NCBI GenBank assembly: GCA_048772705.1
Contig: JBLWGC010000202.1
Span: 248,001 to 312,000, forward strand
DNA: 64,000 nucleotides
Source of the DNA: Leidyana gryllorum EB-2025a
Taxonomy: Eukaryota > Protista > Apicomplexa
Direction: 5' to 3'
The notes under the pieces were generated by a model that was not told the DNA's origin, did no database searches, and saw only the letters and a list, made by a program, of their open reading frames with translations. A program made the position numbers and the translations under genes. This document shows, piece by piece, positions 21,001 to 34,831 of this stretch; positions within the stretch are counted from its first letter, which is position 1; every line of letters starts with the position of its first letter.

Positions 21001-24000
21001 GGAGGCCTTACGTTTGAGGGCTCAGAAACAGGAGTGTTTGGGCCAAAAGTCGGTATACCTGTCCGAAGTGCTGCTCGGCGGAGGTCTTTTGGTGCAAGGG
21101 TTCTTCCGCGCGTGCTGGTCAGCTCACCGAGGTCTGCAGGGACGCACGTTCGCGGTGATTCCCGAGTCAGGGGACCGCGAGGGTCACTTACTGCGGGCTC
21201 ACGTGTCTGACCCGGTGGCTACGCGCATTGTGGTCTACGAACACCTCACTCGGAAGCTGGCTTTGCAGAATCTGGATGCCACGTCGGTGTCTGTCTACGC
21301 CTTTGTGCCTCGGATTCTGGGACCGCTTTATCGGCTGCGCGATACGCCCGAAGTGAGCACTCTTGCGGAAGGTGTTATCTGCGGCGACGCGGTGTGGACC
21401 ATATTGCGGAATCGTCCCAAGACTTTGCCATATCCGGCTATGGTGACTATGAGTGCTCCGAGCATTGACCCTGTCATGTCTCGAGATGTCTCCCCTCGAA
21501 TCCCTGAAGTAATGCGGTCTCGAGGGTTACACGAGCAAGAATACTTTGCTCGAGTGTGTCGACAGCGTTTCGAAGCCATTGCTGCTGCAATTGAAATGGC
21601 TGACAAGAAAGCTGTGCCAAGTTCATCTGATCAGGAGCTGAATCGACTCGTGAAACAGGAGTTGAATGCGGAAAATACCCGCCGCAGCAGCAAAACGTTG
21701 ATGGAGAGGTTCTACCCGGAACTCAATCCTCAACATCCGGCGGCCGGATTACTCGTTCCTCCCAATCAGTTACATACGGCGATGACCACCACAGTCACCA
21801 CGGGCACCGGTCCCGCACTGGCCGGACCACAGCCAACACGCCCGCTTCCGGCGCAACAATCCCAATCTAATGTGCCCACCACTGCTATCCACTTGCCACC
21901 CACCGCCGCTGGCACCATGGGGGTACCAATAAGCGGTGGAACCGTGAACGCAGCGCATCTGCACGGGCCCTCCAGGAGCAGTGCAACGACCGCCGGTGCT
22001 GCCCCGACGGCCAGCGGTCAGCTGATAGTGCCAGCTGCGAGCGGCGGTGCCCACGGATTGCCTCCTGCCTCACAGGGCAGCAGCGTAGTTTCAGGCGGGT
22101 TGCCAGCACCAAGCGTCCCGAGCACAGCGCAGCAAAGTGTCGTGGACAACAGCAGCAGCTCCACGTCCACTCCGTATCCGCCGCCTGCGGTTACAGCAGC
22201 TGCGGCTGCAGCCGTGTCGGCCGCTGCCGCGAAGGTCACCAATGCTCTGACACTTGGCAGCTCAGGTGTCGGAACGGCTGCTGGAGGAGGTGGGTCTTCC
22301 TCGAACGGATCGAACGGGAACACCGCCGCGGCAGGCGGTGTCTCCGGGAACGACCGGGGGCCAGTAGCGGCTGCAGAGTGGTTTGAGGGTCGCAAGTCGG
22401 ATGTCCGAAAATTCTTGTTGCATCTGTACAAGGATATGCAGACGAAGAGTGATCCCGGGATGGCGGTGCGATTGGATTTCCGTAATCGTGGGGTGGAGGA
22501 ATGCAAACAGATGGCGCAACCCTTGACTGATTTGGCGACAGACTCGTTGCATATGGCAACGAGTATCTTGGATGTCCCTTTCCAGCTGGACATTACCAAG
22601 CCCGAGGTGCTCGAGTTTGCACAAGCAGCATTGGGGGCTGTACGAGACGAGGTTGAAAAGACGTTACGTACACATCTGCACGAAGGCTTCAAGCAATTGA
22701 TGAGTGTGCGCGAACAGGGACACTCCGTTGTTGCATCGGCCCGTCCTGCTGTGATCTGCGCTTTGTGGCAGACCTTGGTTCACTTACCACCGCACTTGGA
22801 TGTCTTATTCCCGCTCGCATTACGATGGAATCACGTTCGAGCGACTTTGTGTGCGTGGCTTTGGAGCGAGTTACGGAATTCATTGGATCAGTACTGGCGA
22901 ACACTCTGCACAGGAGGCAATACGCAAATGTCAGACGCTGTGATTCCGGGTCTCCGATGGTCTATTCGCTGTCTCCCCTCCGAGCAAGACGCCTCCAACC
23001 TCAACATGATGCCAGACTTGACTGGAGGTCGCCTCCTCCACCTGTTGACGACCCCCAAAACAATGGATCGCATTTGCAGCGCATTGTACCGGTTCCAGTG
23101 TTCGGGAATGGCCACCGCCAACGCCGTCGTGGGACAGACCGACGCGCTGCAAATCTCTCCCGAGCATCTCGACCGCATCTTTGTCACCACCGAGAGCAGT
23201 TTGCGGGACACTTTCAAATCGTTATGGCAACGACTCCCCCAGAATTCGCCGATCGAGGCAGCTCTGCACGACCCAGAGATTGCAGCAGCTGGTTTCCTCA
23301 AGTAAGTTTCGTCGGTCACCGCTGTTACCTCCATCTCAATCTTTCTCTTTCCTGTGCAGGCGGTACGCTCCTCTGATCCTGGGTAGCCTTGACGATCTGG
23401 ATCGGGCGGAAGAGAACGCTGCGGCCAACGCGACCGAAGCGGCCAGCAGTGTGAGTCCGGAGACTGTGGAGCCGCCGAGCAAACGTCGGCGGCGAGATTA
23501 CGGGGTTGCCCCTGAAGAAGTGGAAGAAGGAGTGCACGACCGCGGTGGCGGGCCGGGTAGACGACGACAGATTGATACGGTCCCGGCTGGGTTGGCCTTG
23601 GCCTCTATAAGTGTACAGAATTTGCGAAAGGAGCTGCGCTGTCAAAGATCGAACGTGGGCGCAGCAGCGGGTGCCGGGCGTCGGAGACGCGGGGCCCGTG
23701 GCCAAGCCGAAGACGATCAGGAGGAGCATCAGGATGCCAATGCTATGGCCGACGGTCCCAGTTATCACCCCCAACAACAACATCGAGGAGCCGCCGATCA
23801 GCACTCATCGTCTCATCGTGTGACGCCCCCGCCGGATGGGGCTGGACGAGGCAGCAGTGAGTGGTTGCAGTCGCTGCCGTTGACAATTATTAACCGTCTC
23901 GATCAACCCATGCCTCGAGACGTCCTGGTCGATAAGTTTGAAGAGTCATTTTTCCGCCATCAAGCGGAACAGCCCACATCATCCATTACAACTACGAACA

Positions 24001-24789
24001 CAACAACACTTCCGACAACGCTAACACAGAGGGGCGGTGCAGCGCGGTCACAGCCGCGGCGGAAAGACAAGTCGCAGCAGCAAGATGAGACTATGGAGTC
24101 CAAGTTGAATGGTTCATTCCCGAAGGTACCGGAATGGCTCGAGCACGAGCCCATGTGGAAGATGTGGACACCCGCCATACGACGGCCTGAAGGTTTGATG
24201 AATCCAATTCCAACCGGTGAAGATTACGTTGGCGATTTCGGGATCCGACAGAGGCTGAGTTACTTTAGTCCCACACCTAATGAGGAAGGGGATCTGAGCG
24301 AACGCGACTGGGAGCTGGTTAAGACAGTACTACAGTTACTTCAGTGAGTTCCACACTTCACCACACACTCCATCTCTCTCACTTTCTTTCAGCCAACGGG
24401 GAATCGATACGCTTTATTCATCGACTACACATTCATTATTTCATGTGACTGTTAATGAGCGTCATGGAGGGACGGAGTGGCGAAAAGAGTTGGATGAGTC
24501 TGCTGAAACAGGCTCCAGTCCCATGACTCCGAAACCCCCTCCATCAAGAATGGTCGGGGGACTCAGTTTGCGGAGATATCTTGACGGCTGGTCTGCTGCT
24601 CCGACAGACTGCTTTTCTCCACTACGGCGGAATCCAAACGTACTAAATCGAGCAATTCAGGGAGCAGCAGGACGAAGACTCGTGTTGACATCATCAGCAG
24701 CAGCAGCAACAGAAGTAGTCCCCGCCGACTCCGTCGTGGCTCCACCTCCATCAGCTATTAAAGAATTGAACGACCAAATCTTAATGTGA
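18029..24789 (+). CDS. Large hypothetical protein (~2000 aa, ~9 exons) with low-complexity Ala/Gly/Ser/Pro tracts
   Basis: The ORF-track segments at 18029, 18214, 19176, 19784, 23181 and 24445 join in frame through GT-AG introns (18412-18452, 18769-18886, ~19114-19163, ~19604-19645, ~19903-19943, 20543-20686, ~23302-23359, ~24344-24392). No family recognised. Confidence 0.7.
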
Positions 24790-24964
24790 GACAAACACAG
24801 ACAGACAGACAGAGATTCAGATGAGATGAGATTGCGAGACTGACTGACAGAGAGAGTGTGACTCAACAAGTGAAAACCGACCCAACCACTGATTGACGCT
24901 CAGACGACTTGACGTAGTGTAGCCAAAGTGATGGCCACAAAAGAATTACACCTCTCAACCAGCC

Positions 24965-26150
24965 ATGGCCTCCGCTCCCATTCCGGTCTATGTGCTGACA
25001 GGTTTCTTGGGAGCCGGAAAGACCACTCTGCTCCGGAACCTATTGTTGACTCCCGAAGGCCCCCAAAAGAGACTCGCTGTGCTCCGTAATGAGTTCACAG
25101 ATACAGAAGGTGAGTTTCGCTGATACCTTCTGAGAAACTCAAAGCTTTTTGATAGAATTGGAGTTCGAAGTGCCCCTCTTAATCCAAGAAGACGACAGTG
25201 ATGCCTTCGCCTCGTTCTGGGAGCTGCCTAACAGTTGTGTGTGCTGTTCTGCCAAGAGTCAGTTCCTGCAAGCTGTCACACGATTGGTGGACAAGAGTAT
25301 CGAGGAACAAAGACCGTTCCATGCTATACTGGTCGAAGTCTCTGGCCTCGCTGACCCCGTAGCGATCTACGATAACCTCGTGGAGGGTGCCCACGATGTC
25401 AAGGACAAGTTTGCCGTCGCTGGCATCATTACCGTTATGGACGCCAGCCACGGATTATGCAGAGATTTACTCCTCGCGGACAAAGAGGAGTCGTCAGAAA
25501 TGGACTCGACGACTGAGTCGTTGGGTCGATTGGCCATCACTCAACTAACAACAGGAGACGTCATACTGATGAATAAAAGAGACAAACTCGGTGCCGAAGC
25601 AGAGTCTACTTGCGCCAAACTTTTATCCTCGATAACGGCTCTCAATCCGACCGCCCCAATCATTTGGTAAGCTGCGATCCACACTGACTGCTCTTCTGAC
25701 TCGAGTAGGACTTCATACTGCCAAGTGACGCTCGAAGAGCTCCAGGCGAAGATTGCGATTGCTAACGACGCACTAAGTGCAGCAGCGCCAAACTATGTGG
25801 TGACACCCGCTGCGACCACTCAGCCCGCGGGCCATTCCCATTTGGGTATACAATCAGTGACCGTAGTATTGCCCGCAGAAGTCATTTTGGACCCCACGAC
25901 GCTGGAAGAAACCTTGGGCCGCTGGATATGGGATAAACCCTCTCCAGTCCTATACCGTGCCAAGGGACTATTCAGATCAGCAGCAGGCCAATCCTGGCAC
26001 TCCCTACAGATTGTCGGTGACATCATCGAAGTCGCTGTAGCACCTCCAGGTCACCGTCTATCATCCACCGCTCAGTCGCGATTTCTGTTTGTCGGCAAAG
26101 ATCTCTCTGAGTCCTTCCTTCAACAACTCATTTCTCGAGCCGCAGTTTGA
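24965..26150 (+). CDS. CobW/COG0523 (CBWD/ZNG1-like) G3E metallochaperone GTPase
   Basis: [35 protein letters not shown] (CxCC), [14 protein letters not shown], and a CobW_C-like LYRAKGL...FLFVGKDL; introns 25110-25155 and 25667-25708. Confidence 0.92.
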
Positions 26151-26188
26151 GGGAACATCGGCGAGCGTTGACGACGCTGCCTCGCCGC

Positions 26189-29100
26189 CTATGTCCTTTC
26201 GAGGTCGATCACAAACTTCCAAATCTTGTCGAGTTTGGTGCTCGACATGGCAACGAGCTTGGGTGCGAATTCCTTCAGCACGTCCCGAGCGCTCGTGGTC
26301 GCCTGTCTATACAAGTCGGGATACTTTTGGCTCTCTTCCGCCTCTTTCTTCAGAGCGACAGAGATATTCTGGTGATATTTGGGTCCCAACATGTGTTCCA
26401 ATCCGCGACGGAATGCGTCACAGTCCAGCGACACGTCGTAACTCATCGAAAGATCACTGCCCTCCTCAAAGTCTTCCTCGGGACGCTCAATGCCGTCAAT
26501 GCAACAACACCACATCAACTTGAGGGGAGTCGCCCAATACACCAGAAGTTCCGGAGACTGGAGCTTCGCCCGCAAGCGGCTGTATTCTTTGGCCACGTCA
26601 TTGCTCTCGGGGTCCGCATTCGGCACCAGTTCCTCAGGCAGAGTCCAACCCATGGGGCTGCTCACCTCCTCGTACTCATTCGTGCCGTCCATGGCGTTCC
26701 TGAAGCGGACCAACGAGTCGAATCTGGCCGCTTCAACGATTCCTTTCACCGGGAAGTATACCACTTTCAGCAGCATAAGGCCAAAATCGATAGCCATTTT
26801 TCGTGCGATCACTTCAAATGCGTCTTCCTCGTCGTCGGCAGCGATATCAAACCGTTGAACAATCGAGTGGGAAGCACCACCACTCGCGGTCGAACCTGCT
26901 CGGGGTCGTCTTCGGCGAGTCGAATCCGAATATCTCGCGTCGCTGGAACGTCTCCTTCGTGGAGGTGGGACGACGGTATTCGAAGACACCTCCTTGGGAT
27001 CCGCCAAGAAGGCTTCGTTTTTAGAATGTTTGACTCCCCCGTTGCCGCACTCAGCAGCGGCTGTGGCCGCTGTGTCCTCTAAATGGGCCCGGAAGATGGG
27101 CAGCCACGTCAGGAAGAATCCTCGAGGCATCAGGTAAGTCAAACCAATACGTTCGGAGATTCGAACAAAATCAGAGCTTCCCAAATTAGAGGCCATCCCC
27201 AAGAAGGACGTGCGAAGGAGATCCAATGTGTTCGTCCAGGGGGCTGTGGGCCGGATAGAGACTTCCACGTTGGGCTCTGCGCCGTCGTCATCGTCTCTCA
27301 CGGCTTCGTCGAGGACTGCGTTCAATTGGGATCGGACGATGGGGGGCGGATAATCCTTGAACTCTTGGAGCAGTTGTCTTGAAATCAAGTTTCCGAGCCA
27401 CTCGGCAAACCCGCTGATGGGTTTCGACAGAGTCACCGCCAACTTGGGATGAGGAATGACAATGTCCTCCGTGTCAACTGGCATCCCCGCCGGTTTCTCC
27501 AGAACCTCCACATACTCCGGATTGCGCTCCAGACAGCCGAACCGCTCCATCAGGAACTCCAGTGCCTGACAGAAGGGCTCGTAACACGCGCTTGTCATGT
27601 TGATTATCATTGTGAGGTCGTTCATGAAGTTCTTGAGCCTGAATATGGATGTGGGAAAGAGGAGAAGGGCTGTCACTCACTCGAATTGGAGTGGTTCTCG
27701 TTCTCGCAGCATCGGGCCCACACCGTCGATGTCAGACAACGAACGGGGCTCGTTGTAGCTGACGTCCGACGTGAAGTTGGACAGCAGCAGGCGGAGGATA
27801 TTGGGATGTGGTTCCAACGAAGCATATCGAGAGAGCTCCGCAGCCTCAACGAGCCGTCCGCGCAGAGCTAAGGCCAATTTGGCGAGATACCGATACGTTA
27901 GATATGGCTGAGCACTGATCATAGGCAGTTGTGATATCAGTACGAGGACGGGCTGAAAAGCAAAAGACGTTTGAGGCTCAGCACACTGACAAACAATGGA
28001 GTGACTCACGTCCAGCGAGTCTGGGCCACGACTGAACGCCTGCATCATGCTGAGGATGGCAGGCCATCTGCCAGACTCGTTGTGTCGCGCTTCGTTGCCT
28101 TGCAACGCCCAGTACATCGAACGCTCCGCTTTAGTGTTGACCGGGAAACATGCTGATGGCAATGATGTTTGATGTACCGCTGGTGTAGCTGAGGCGCTGT
28201 GTGTGTGTTGTCCCTTACTCTGCAGGCTGTACGGTTCGCTCCAACCGCTAGTCAGACCGGAGCCAGCTGCAATCGCCATTGTGTGACACTTGTCCAGCAA
28301 CACCACAGCGCTCCACTGAGATGGCCCCAAACGGCTCAGCACACCTCGACTTGGCTGTGGGTATTCCTTGAGGACCTGCACGAATTGAGCATCAGACATT
28401 GGAGAGAACGCGCGACTCACCTTCTCTGTGATCCATTCCAGCATCACACTGACAGTGGCTTTCTGGATGCGCTCTCGGATCAGATCATCAGTCACGTCGT
28501 CGATGATGCTAAATAGATTGCTGCTAAAGACGCTCATGACGTCTTCAGTGGCGTCTCGAGTCAGATTCGTCAGAATTGATCTCAGAACAACTCCGTATCC
28601 GTCCAAAAAGGCGCCTCGGTCCATTGGGTTGCGAGTCATCAACATTTGGAGACATAGTATTGCCACGTCGATCATCTCCGCCTCCAACAAGAGTTGAATA
28701 CACGTCTCGGCGAGCTTCAACTTGTCCCGCAACGCTTCGGAGGGCGCTTTCCGATTATGGTACATACACTCATCCAGTATTTCTCGCACGGTGTCAAACA
28801 CAACCGACTGATCGTCCAGCTTCCGCGCCTCCCCGATGGCCAACATCATGCGACGCCGCAAACCGGCCCGGAACGTACTCTGTGGCATCAACCAACCGCA
28901 CTCGGCCTGCAAACGCTTCGTCATGTCCAAAACAAGTTCCCGTGCAGCCAGAGTGGACTCTGAAGTGTAGGCCTGGACAGTCAATAGTTCCAGAAATGCT
29001 TGCACCAAATCCTTCAGTGGCTCGATGCTCATTTGACCGCGGATTATATTAAATAAACGCGAGTGAGAACAGATGTGGAGCGCTGGACGAGCTGCTCGCG

Positions 29101-32055
29101 TCATCGCCTCCAACCGAATCCAGAAAGAGCCATCAGCCCACTTTTGACTCATCGTCGACAAACAATCATACAGTGCTGTTATCTGCTTCAACAGATGCGC
29201 TACCGCTACCAAAGCCGACAACGTCGTCCGCTGTTCCCAGTACACAAAGGCGTAGGCCGGCTCATGCGCACCCAACTCGAAAATCTGTCCCATCCCATGA
29301 CATGGGAGCAGGGCGGCTTGAGGGACATTCTGTGATATGATACATCGTCCAGACTCCGGGAGTGAGCTCAACACCGTGGGCGAGACAAACTCGGCGCTCT
29401 CAGGCGCTGCAAACAACTTCATCAATGAGGAACAAATCCCATAGATGTGGGCCATATTCTCAAATCCAGGGCCGTAAGCCCCATCTGGAAGTTTCTTCAG
29501 AATGGGAGAGTCCATTGCTCTCCATAAGGTCAATGTCAGCAGATGCGAAATCGCTTCAACGGCAGGAGCCGCACGAATCTTGGGAATCGTACCACTTTCC
29601 ATTACCATGTCGACTTGGAGATCCTCGCGCATCACCTCCGCACCGTCCGGATGGAGTGCGACCCGCTCAACTGGAGGAATGCTTTGCAAACCAAGATTAG
29701 GCGGAGCGTCCAGCAGCCGGGATATGTTGTCCATCAAGTTCACTGTCAAACCCATAGGCACCGGCAAAGAAGCCAAGTTGATCCATTGGATGTGGATGCG
29801 ACGGAATGTGGTATCGAAGAATATCCAGAACGTTTTGCAACAACCCTGACGACGTTCGTGGCTCGATCGATGGACCTTGTCGCTCAAGGATCCGACCTTC
29901 AGAAGAGATTGATCGAACATTACACTGCGGGAACATTCAAGTATTAGTTACTAACGTGTGCACACGCGGAGACACCTACTTGAGAAGGTCACTGCCGTCA
30001 CGAAGCCTTTTGTCTCCATTTACAGCTGCCCAATTGGCGCTCATTGAACAATCGTTCGCGTCTAGAATCATCCGAACGGGCTCACTGCACCACATTGTAT
30101 TGTAGCCATCTGAAAGGGGAGTAGTAGCCAGGGGAGAGAAGTGATCAGACAGCCCGACAGGTAGTTTGGACCACTGAGAGCGGTGCGCAACTCACCTCCG
30201 AGCTCCGCTCTGTTGAGCGAGAAGGGACTTGAAGAGGGGTGAAGTCCAACAGATAAGCCGTAGCTAAAGTTTGATTCATTTTCATATGGCACCAGCGCCG
30301 TGCTGCTCGATGTAGCAGGGACTGAGGAAGGAGGGAAGTGGTTGCCGAATGTCAGACCTTCCTGCGGTTGCGTAGCCGCAAAGAAGATAGGTCCTTCTTT
30401 CCACCCTTTGAGTGTCCGAGGAAGGCTCTGACGGAGGAAGGCATATGGGGATTTGGTGGCATTGGTAGCTGTGCGATCGGGAGAGGGAGGTCCGGCACCC
30501 TCGGGTACGATGAGGGGCTCGGAGACGCGTATGGGTTGGAATGAGAGGAGGCTAAAGGTGTAGAAGCCATGTCTGGCGGCATTGATACTGATTTCGAACT
30601 TTCTCGATTGACTTGTGATGATGGTGAGTACATAGGTATGATCGCTCAGACTTTCCGTGAGGATAGTGTCCATGACTTGGCCCATTCCTCCCGAGGTGAG
30701 TAGGCGCGGATCAAAGTTCTCGCTCTTGAAGAACTCTGCTGCCAAGTGGCCAATGGAGACCGCACTCTCGAATCTGAGGGGAGTGTGGACACCCGGAGGC
30801 ACTTCGGCGCCTCCGGGTTCTCCGGGGACCCAGGTGGTGGAGGCACCGTCGTCCACGCGTCGTTTTCTGCAGGGAGAAGAGTCGGGTTCGCCGGAGGAAG
30901 TGGAGGTGCGCAGTCTTTTGCGAGCTGCAGCTGCAGCCAAATCGTCGGAAGCAGCGGAAGCGACTTCACCGGGGCCAAAGCTATACACTCTGACAACGTC
31001 TTCGTTGTCAATAGTGACAAGAAGCTGACCGGTCCTCACATGAATTTGTTTGATGTGTTTCTTGACGTGCGATACACTCGTTGGGAGCGCCACAGAGCTG
31101 AGTTTACTACTGGCATCAGTAATGGCGGTCTTAATCACAGAGCTCAGCGCTCCTTTCAATGTGGGTTTGGCTGCGAGCGCCTGATTGATCGGCCCCATAT
31201 CGTCGCCGTTGCTGGCGAGCTGTCGGACCAGCGAGATCTTTGGTCGCAGGAAAGCGCCTTCGCGTCGGTAAACCACCTCGTGGAGCCCTAAATGGTCATC
31301 GTCCAGCGAGACAAACACGCGACCTTTGCCATCGGTGGCCAGGTGACGCACAATCGTTCCATTTATCGGGACTGTGTACTCGGGCAAACCAACCAAATAC
31401 AAAGGGACCTCCGCCACATCGTCTCCTTCCTCAACCAAAACAACGGTTTTGGGCGAACTCTTCTGCCCCGGAGGAATCACTGTGCGTTCGCACGTTTGCA
31501 ATCCATAGAATAACAAATGTGTGGTTGTGGCCACCACAATGGCCGCAACAGGATCATTCGGGAGGACCCCCGGGTGTGGACAAATAGTCACGACCCCTAA
31601 AATCATTGTCTTGAAGGATAAAGCCGCATACGGCGGAGGCGTGCGCATTGCCATTTGGCTCAGCTGCACGAAATTGAATAGAAACAGCCTGTTATCCATT
31701 GTGTAGAACACGTGCTGGGGCAAACTAGGACCACACGCAGTCCGGAATCTGCAACAAAACGCTCATTGCTCATTGCTCACAACTCGTTGACGCACCGAGC
31801 ATACTCAACTTCGGTCAACACCTCCGGCAACAAAGGTTTCTCCTTCTCCCAGAACACATACACATCCGGTTGACCCGTAATGCGGTCTTGTCGAGGACAT
31901 GTGCCACATTCATATGCACTGCTCTCCCAATCCGGTAACCAGTTTGTACTGAGCGAATCTCGGTTTGGCGGGAGACGACTTATATTCGCTTGCGCTCGCG
32001 GACCTTTCAGGAAGTCTCGCTTCTCCTCCAGAGCCGACAGGGCCGTGGCGATCAT
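26189..32055 (-). CDS. NUP155: Nup155/Nup170-like inner-ring nucleoporin (~1850 aa, 5 exons)
   Basis: The N-terminal propeller matches the family pattern: PLLPEVL, VFYTMDNRLFLFNF, PHPGV, YTVPINGTIVRHLATDGKGRVFV...LHEVVYRREGAFL. A long helical region follows. The ORFs at 31777, 30068, 27677 and 26189 join through GT-AG introns. Confidence 0.7.
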
Positions 32056-32118
32056 CAGGCCAAGCCGGGGAAGTAAAAATTTCCACTCGAGTTGGAGCGA
32101 AGGCCGAGAGCGTTCCGC

Positions 32119-34117
32119 ATGATGCGATCGCGAGGGCCTCAGGTGAGGCGAAAATCACGTCCAGAGGGCCCGCTGCTGCCCTTCGCATCCTCCGCCTCAA
32201 CTGGATTCGGAGCCACCGCCGGACTACCCCCCCCAGACCTCGCGCCGTCTCCTACACCACCTGCCCTATTCGGACAATCAAAAGTACACCCTGAAGATGT
32301 TGAAAGTAGCTCAAGTGACGAATACGACCGTTGTGGCTGGATTCCATGGTTCTGCTCACTCAGAGGCCACGAAATCCTTGTGGAGGTACGCTACACGGAG
32401 GCGTGTTACATCAAATGTGTGTGTGTGTGTGTGGTGGAGTTGACCTGTCCATGTATACCATGTTGGTGATTCCCAAGGTCTCCTTCCTATGGTTGTTGTG
32501 AATGCGATCGTGCTGTGCGAGTCTCCCCCCGTGCCGCAGCTATGTGAGCAGCAGCGGGCTCGATTTGTGATTGAAGCAAGGGACCAATGCAGAGGCACAT
32601 TCGAAGAACACATTTAGCAACTAGTACCTACGGCCCTATAAGACTTCTCTTGAACTGTGCACTGCCATCGCACTGTACCGCATGAGTTGCACAATGCATC
32701 CAGCAGTTCACATGTCACTGTGCACGATGACATCACGGGGTGGCTTGCACAGTGCATGAAAGTAGGTGCAATTGCCTATGCACTGTGCACAAGCTATCAT
32801 GAAAGCTTTTGCTTCGAGCAAAGTTTGAATGCAAAATGCACATAGCGTATGCACAATGCATAAGCTTTGTATGAACAAGCTACCTTTCGTACTAGCAAAT
32901 TGCACTGACTCTTGTTATCCGATGTGCATATTGCGAGAAATCCTATTGCGCGGATCACCGGATGGCAGTGCACAGAAGAGCTGAGGAGCTTGGTTGGATA
33001 TGTGCACAAGACATGTGCACAAAACTCTCGTGATCAAGACTAATGGAGACCTCTATGCCGAATGTGTATTTGCAATGACCATTTGTGGGGCTGCCCTCCC
33101 TTACTTCGCCCAAACTCGATTTCCTGCGTTCCAAGACTGTCCTGTGCTGGCTGACATTCATTGTTCTGCAGGTAGACAACGAGTTCATCCAGGACGGTTT
33201 CAACTTATATGGGCTGAAAGCTCGGTTTACAAGATATGATAAGGCTCTGCAAATGTTGCTGTCGAAAGCACCTCACCAAGACGGTGAGTATGGTCCGCTG
33301 AAGGCGTATCAGTTACATGAAGGATTAGATTTTCGGCGACCCGATGTCCTCGAGATCTATCAGCAAGCCACTGATTTGTACGGGCTCATACATGCTCGAT
33401 ACATTATAACGCCGAAAGGGCTTCTCAGGATGGTATGTTGAGTGTCTCTATGAGGCGTGCCGATATCTCCCTGATCTAACAGAGACAAAAGTACTTGGAG
33501 GAAGCGTTTGGGCGGTGCCCCAGGGTGCTGTGCGACGGGTGCCCGATGCTTCCAGTTGGGCTCACTGAAGATTTACGCCAGCATCGTGTGCGCGGTTACT
33601 GCCCAAAGTGTCAAGAAACGTATGTACCGCGTTCGTGCGGAGTAAAGTCTGCAACGCGCGGACGACCTTCGTCCTCGGCTTATCGATATGAGTTGGACGT
33701 GGATGATGAGGAGGGCGAAGAGGAAGGTTATTCCAGTGAGGATCTGGAGTCCAGCTCCGAAGGTGATATGCATGTAGCTGATATCGACGGGGCTTTCTTC
33801 GGGCCCTCCTTTCCCCACGCTTTTCTTCTACAATTCACCCAGTTGGTGAGTGCGGTAGCCAAGTGGGAGCTGCTTTCGGCAAATTCATGTGGCAGATCCC
33901 GAAGTACCCTCCAATGTACTATGAACCCAAGATCTATGGTTTCCGAATATTCGGGGTTCGGTCGTTGATTCAAGCGAAACTGGAGCTGGTGCGTTCTATC
34001 TGCCTTTTCCTCCGCTGTAGACGTGATATTTTGCTTCTTAATTGGCAGGGTGAGTATGGCAAAGCCTTTAGGAAGAACAGCCAAAGAGAGACCAGTGCAT
34101 TACCGAACCAGACATAA
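32119..34117 (+). CDS. CSNK2B: Casein kinase II regulatory (beta) subunit (6 exons)
   Basis: WIPWFCSLRGHE..VE|VDNEFIQDGFNLYGL, LYGLIHARYIIT, FGRCPRVLC...YCPKC zinc finger, DGAFFGPSFPH, YEPKIYGFRI; long first intron 32386-33171. Confidence 0.96.
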
Positions 34118-34262
34118 GACCTGCTCGGTAAACTCCCCCTCATACAAGACAGCTCTCTCAATGAATGAAAGAACTAACGAGTGTAGTGTAGTGTGTTCTG
34201 TCTTCCATAAAAATTTTGGAGCTCTTTTCCAGTACGCTTTGTGGAGCGGTCCAGTAGTCAAG

Positions 34263-34745
34263 ATGCCGTACCAGTGCAAGGAGGTTCGTGACTTTGTCAC
34301 CAAACTCATGGACAAGACCCAGGACCGGAAGCGGAGTAAGCCTTGCCATTCAACGTCTTTTTCGTCATTTTGTAATCAGCTGTGGTGATCCTGCAAAAGA
34401 CTGTTGGTTCCAAGACCATCACCAAATTCAAGGTCAAGACCAACGGCGGTTTGTACACTTTGGTTGTCCCTGATCGTTCCAAGGCCGTCAGACTCGAGAA
34501 AGCACTCCCCGTCCGTAAGTTCTTCGGCTGCTGTATAGCCGCACACGCGTGTGTGCTTGGTATTTGTATGGTGTGACCGGATAGAGGGCGGTCGGTTCAC
34601 TTACGATGGGCCCTACGCCGTGTATCATTGCGTGTTGCGAATTTGTGTGATTGTTGTTGCGACTGCGCGAATCGAATCTTCGTCTTGTGCAGACTGCGAG
34701 AAGAAGCATATCGGTCGGGTTCCCAGCAAGAAGCAGAAGCTGTGA
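34263..34745 (+). CDS. RPL38: 60S ribosomal protein L38 (eL38), 3 exons
   Basis: MPYQCKEVRDF...TKFKVKTNGGLYTLVVPDRSKAVRLEKALP; introns ~34336-34379 and ~34515-34692. Confidence 0.88.
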
Positions 34746-34831
34746 AGAGCTTTCTGATTTACGTAGACCGGCTCCCACCACAGATCATTCACGAACCGAA
34801 CTTTCATCGACAAAAACGCATCTTTGACAGC

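Noticed and set aside
34515-34692. Longer RPL38 intron as a possible snoRNA host
   Set aside because: Only a weak GTGACCG...CGGTTCAC hairpin; no convincing C/D or H/ACA box arrangement.
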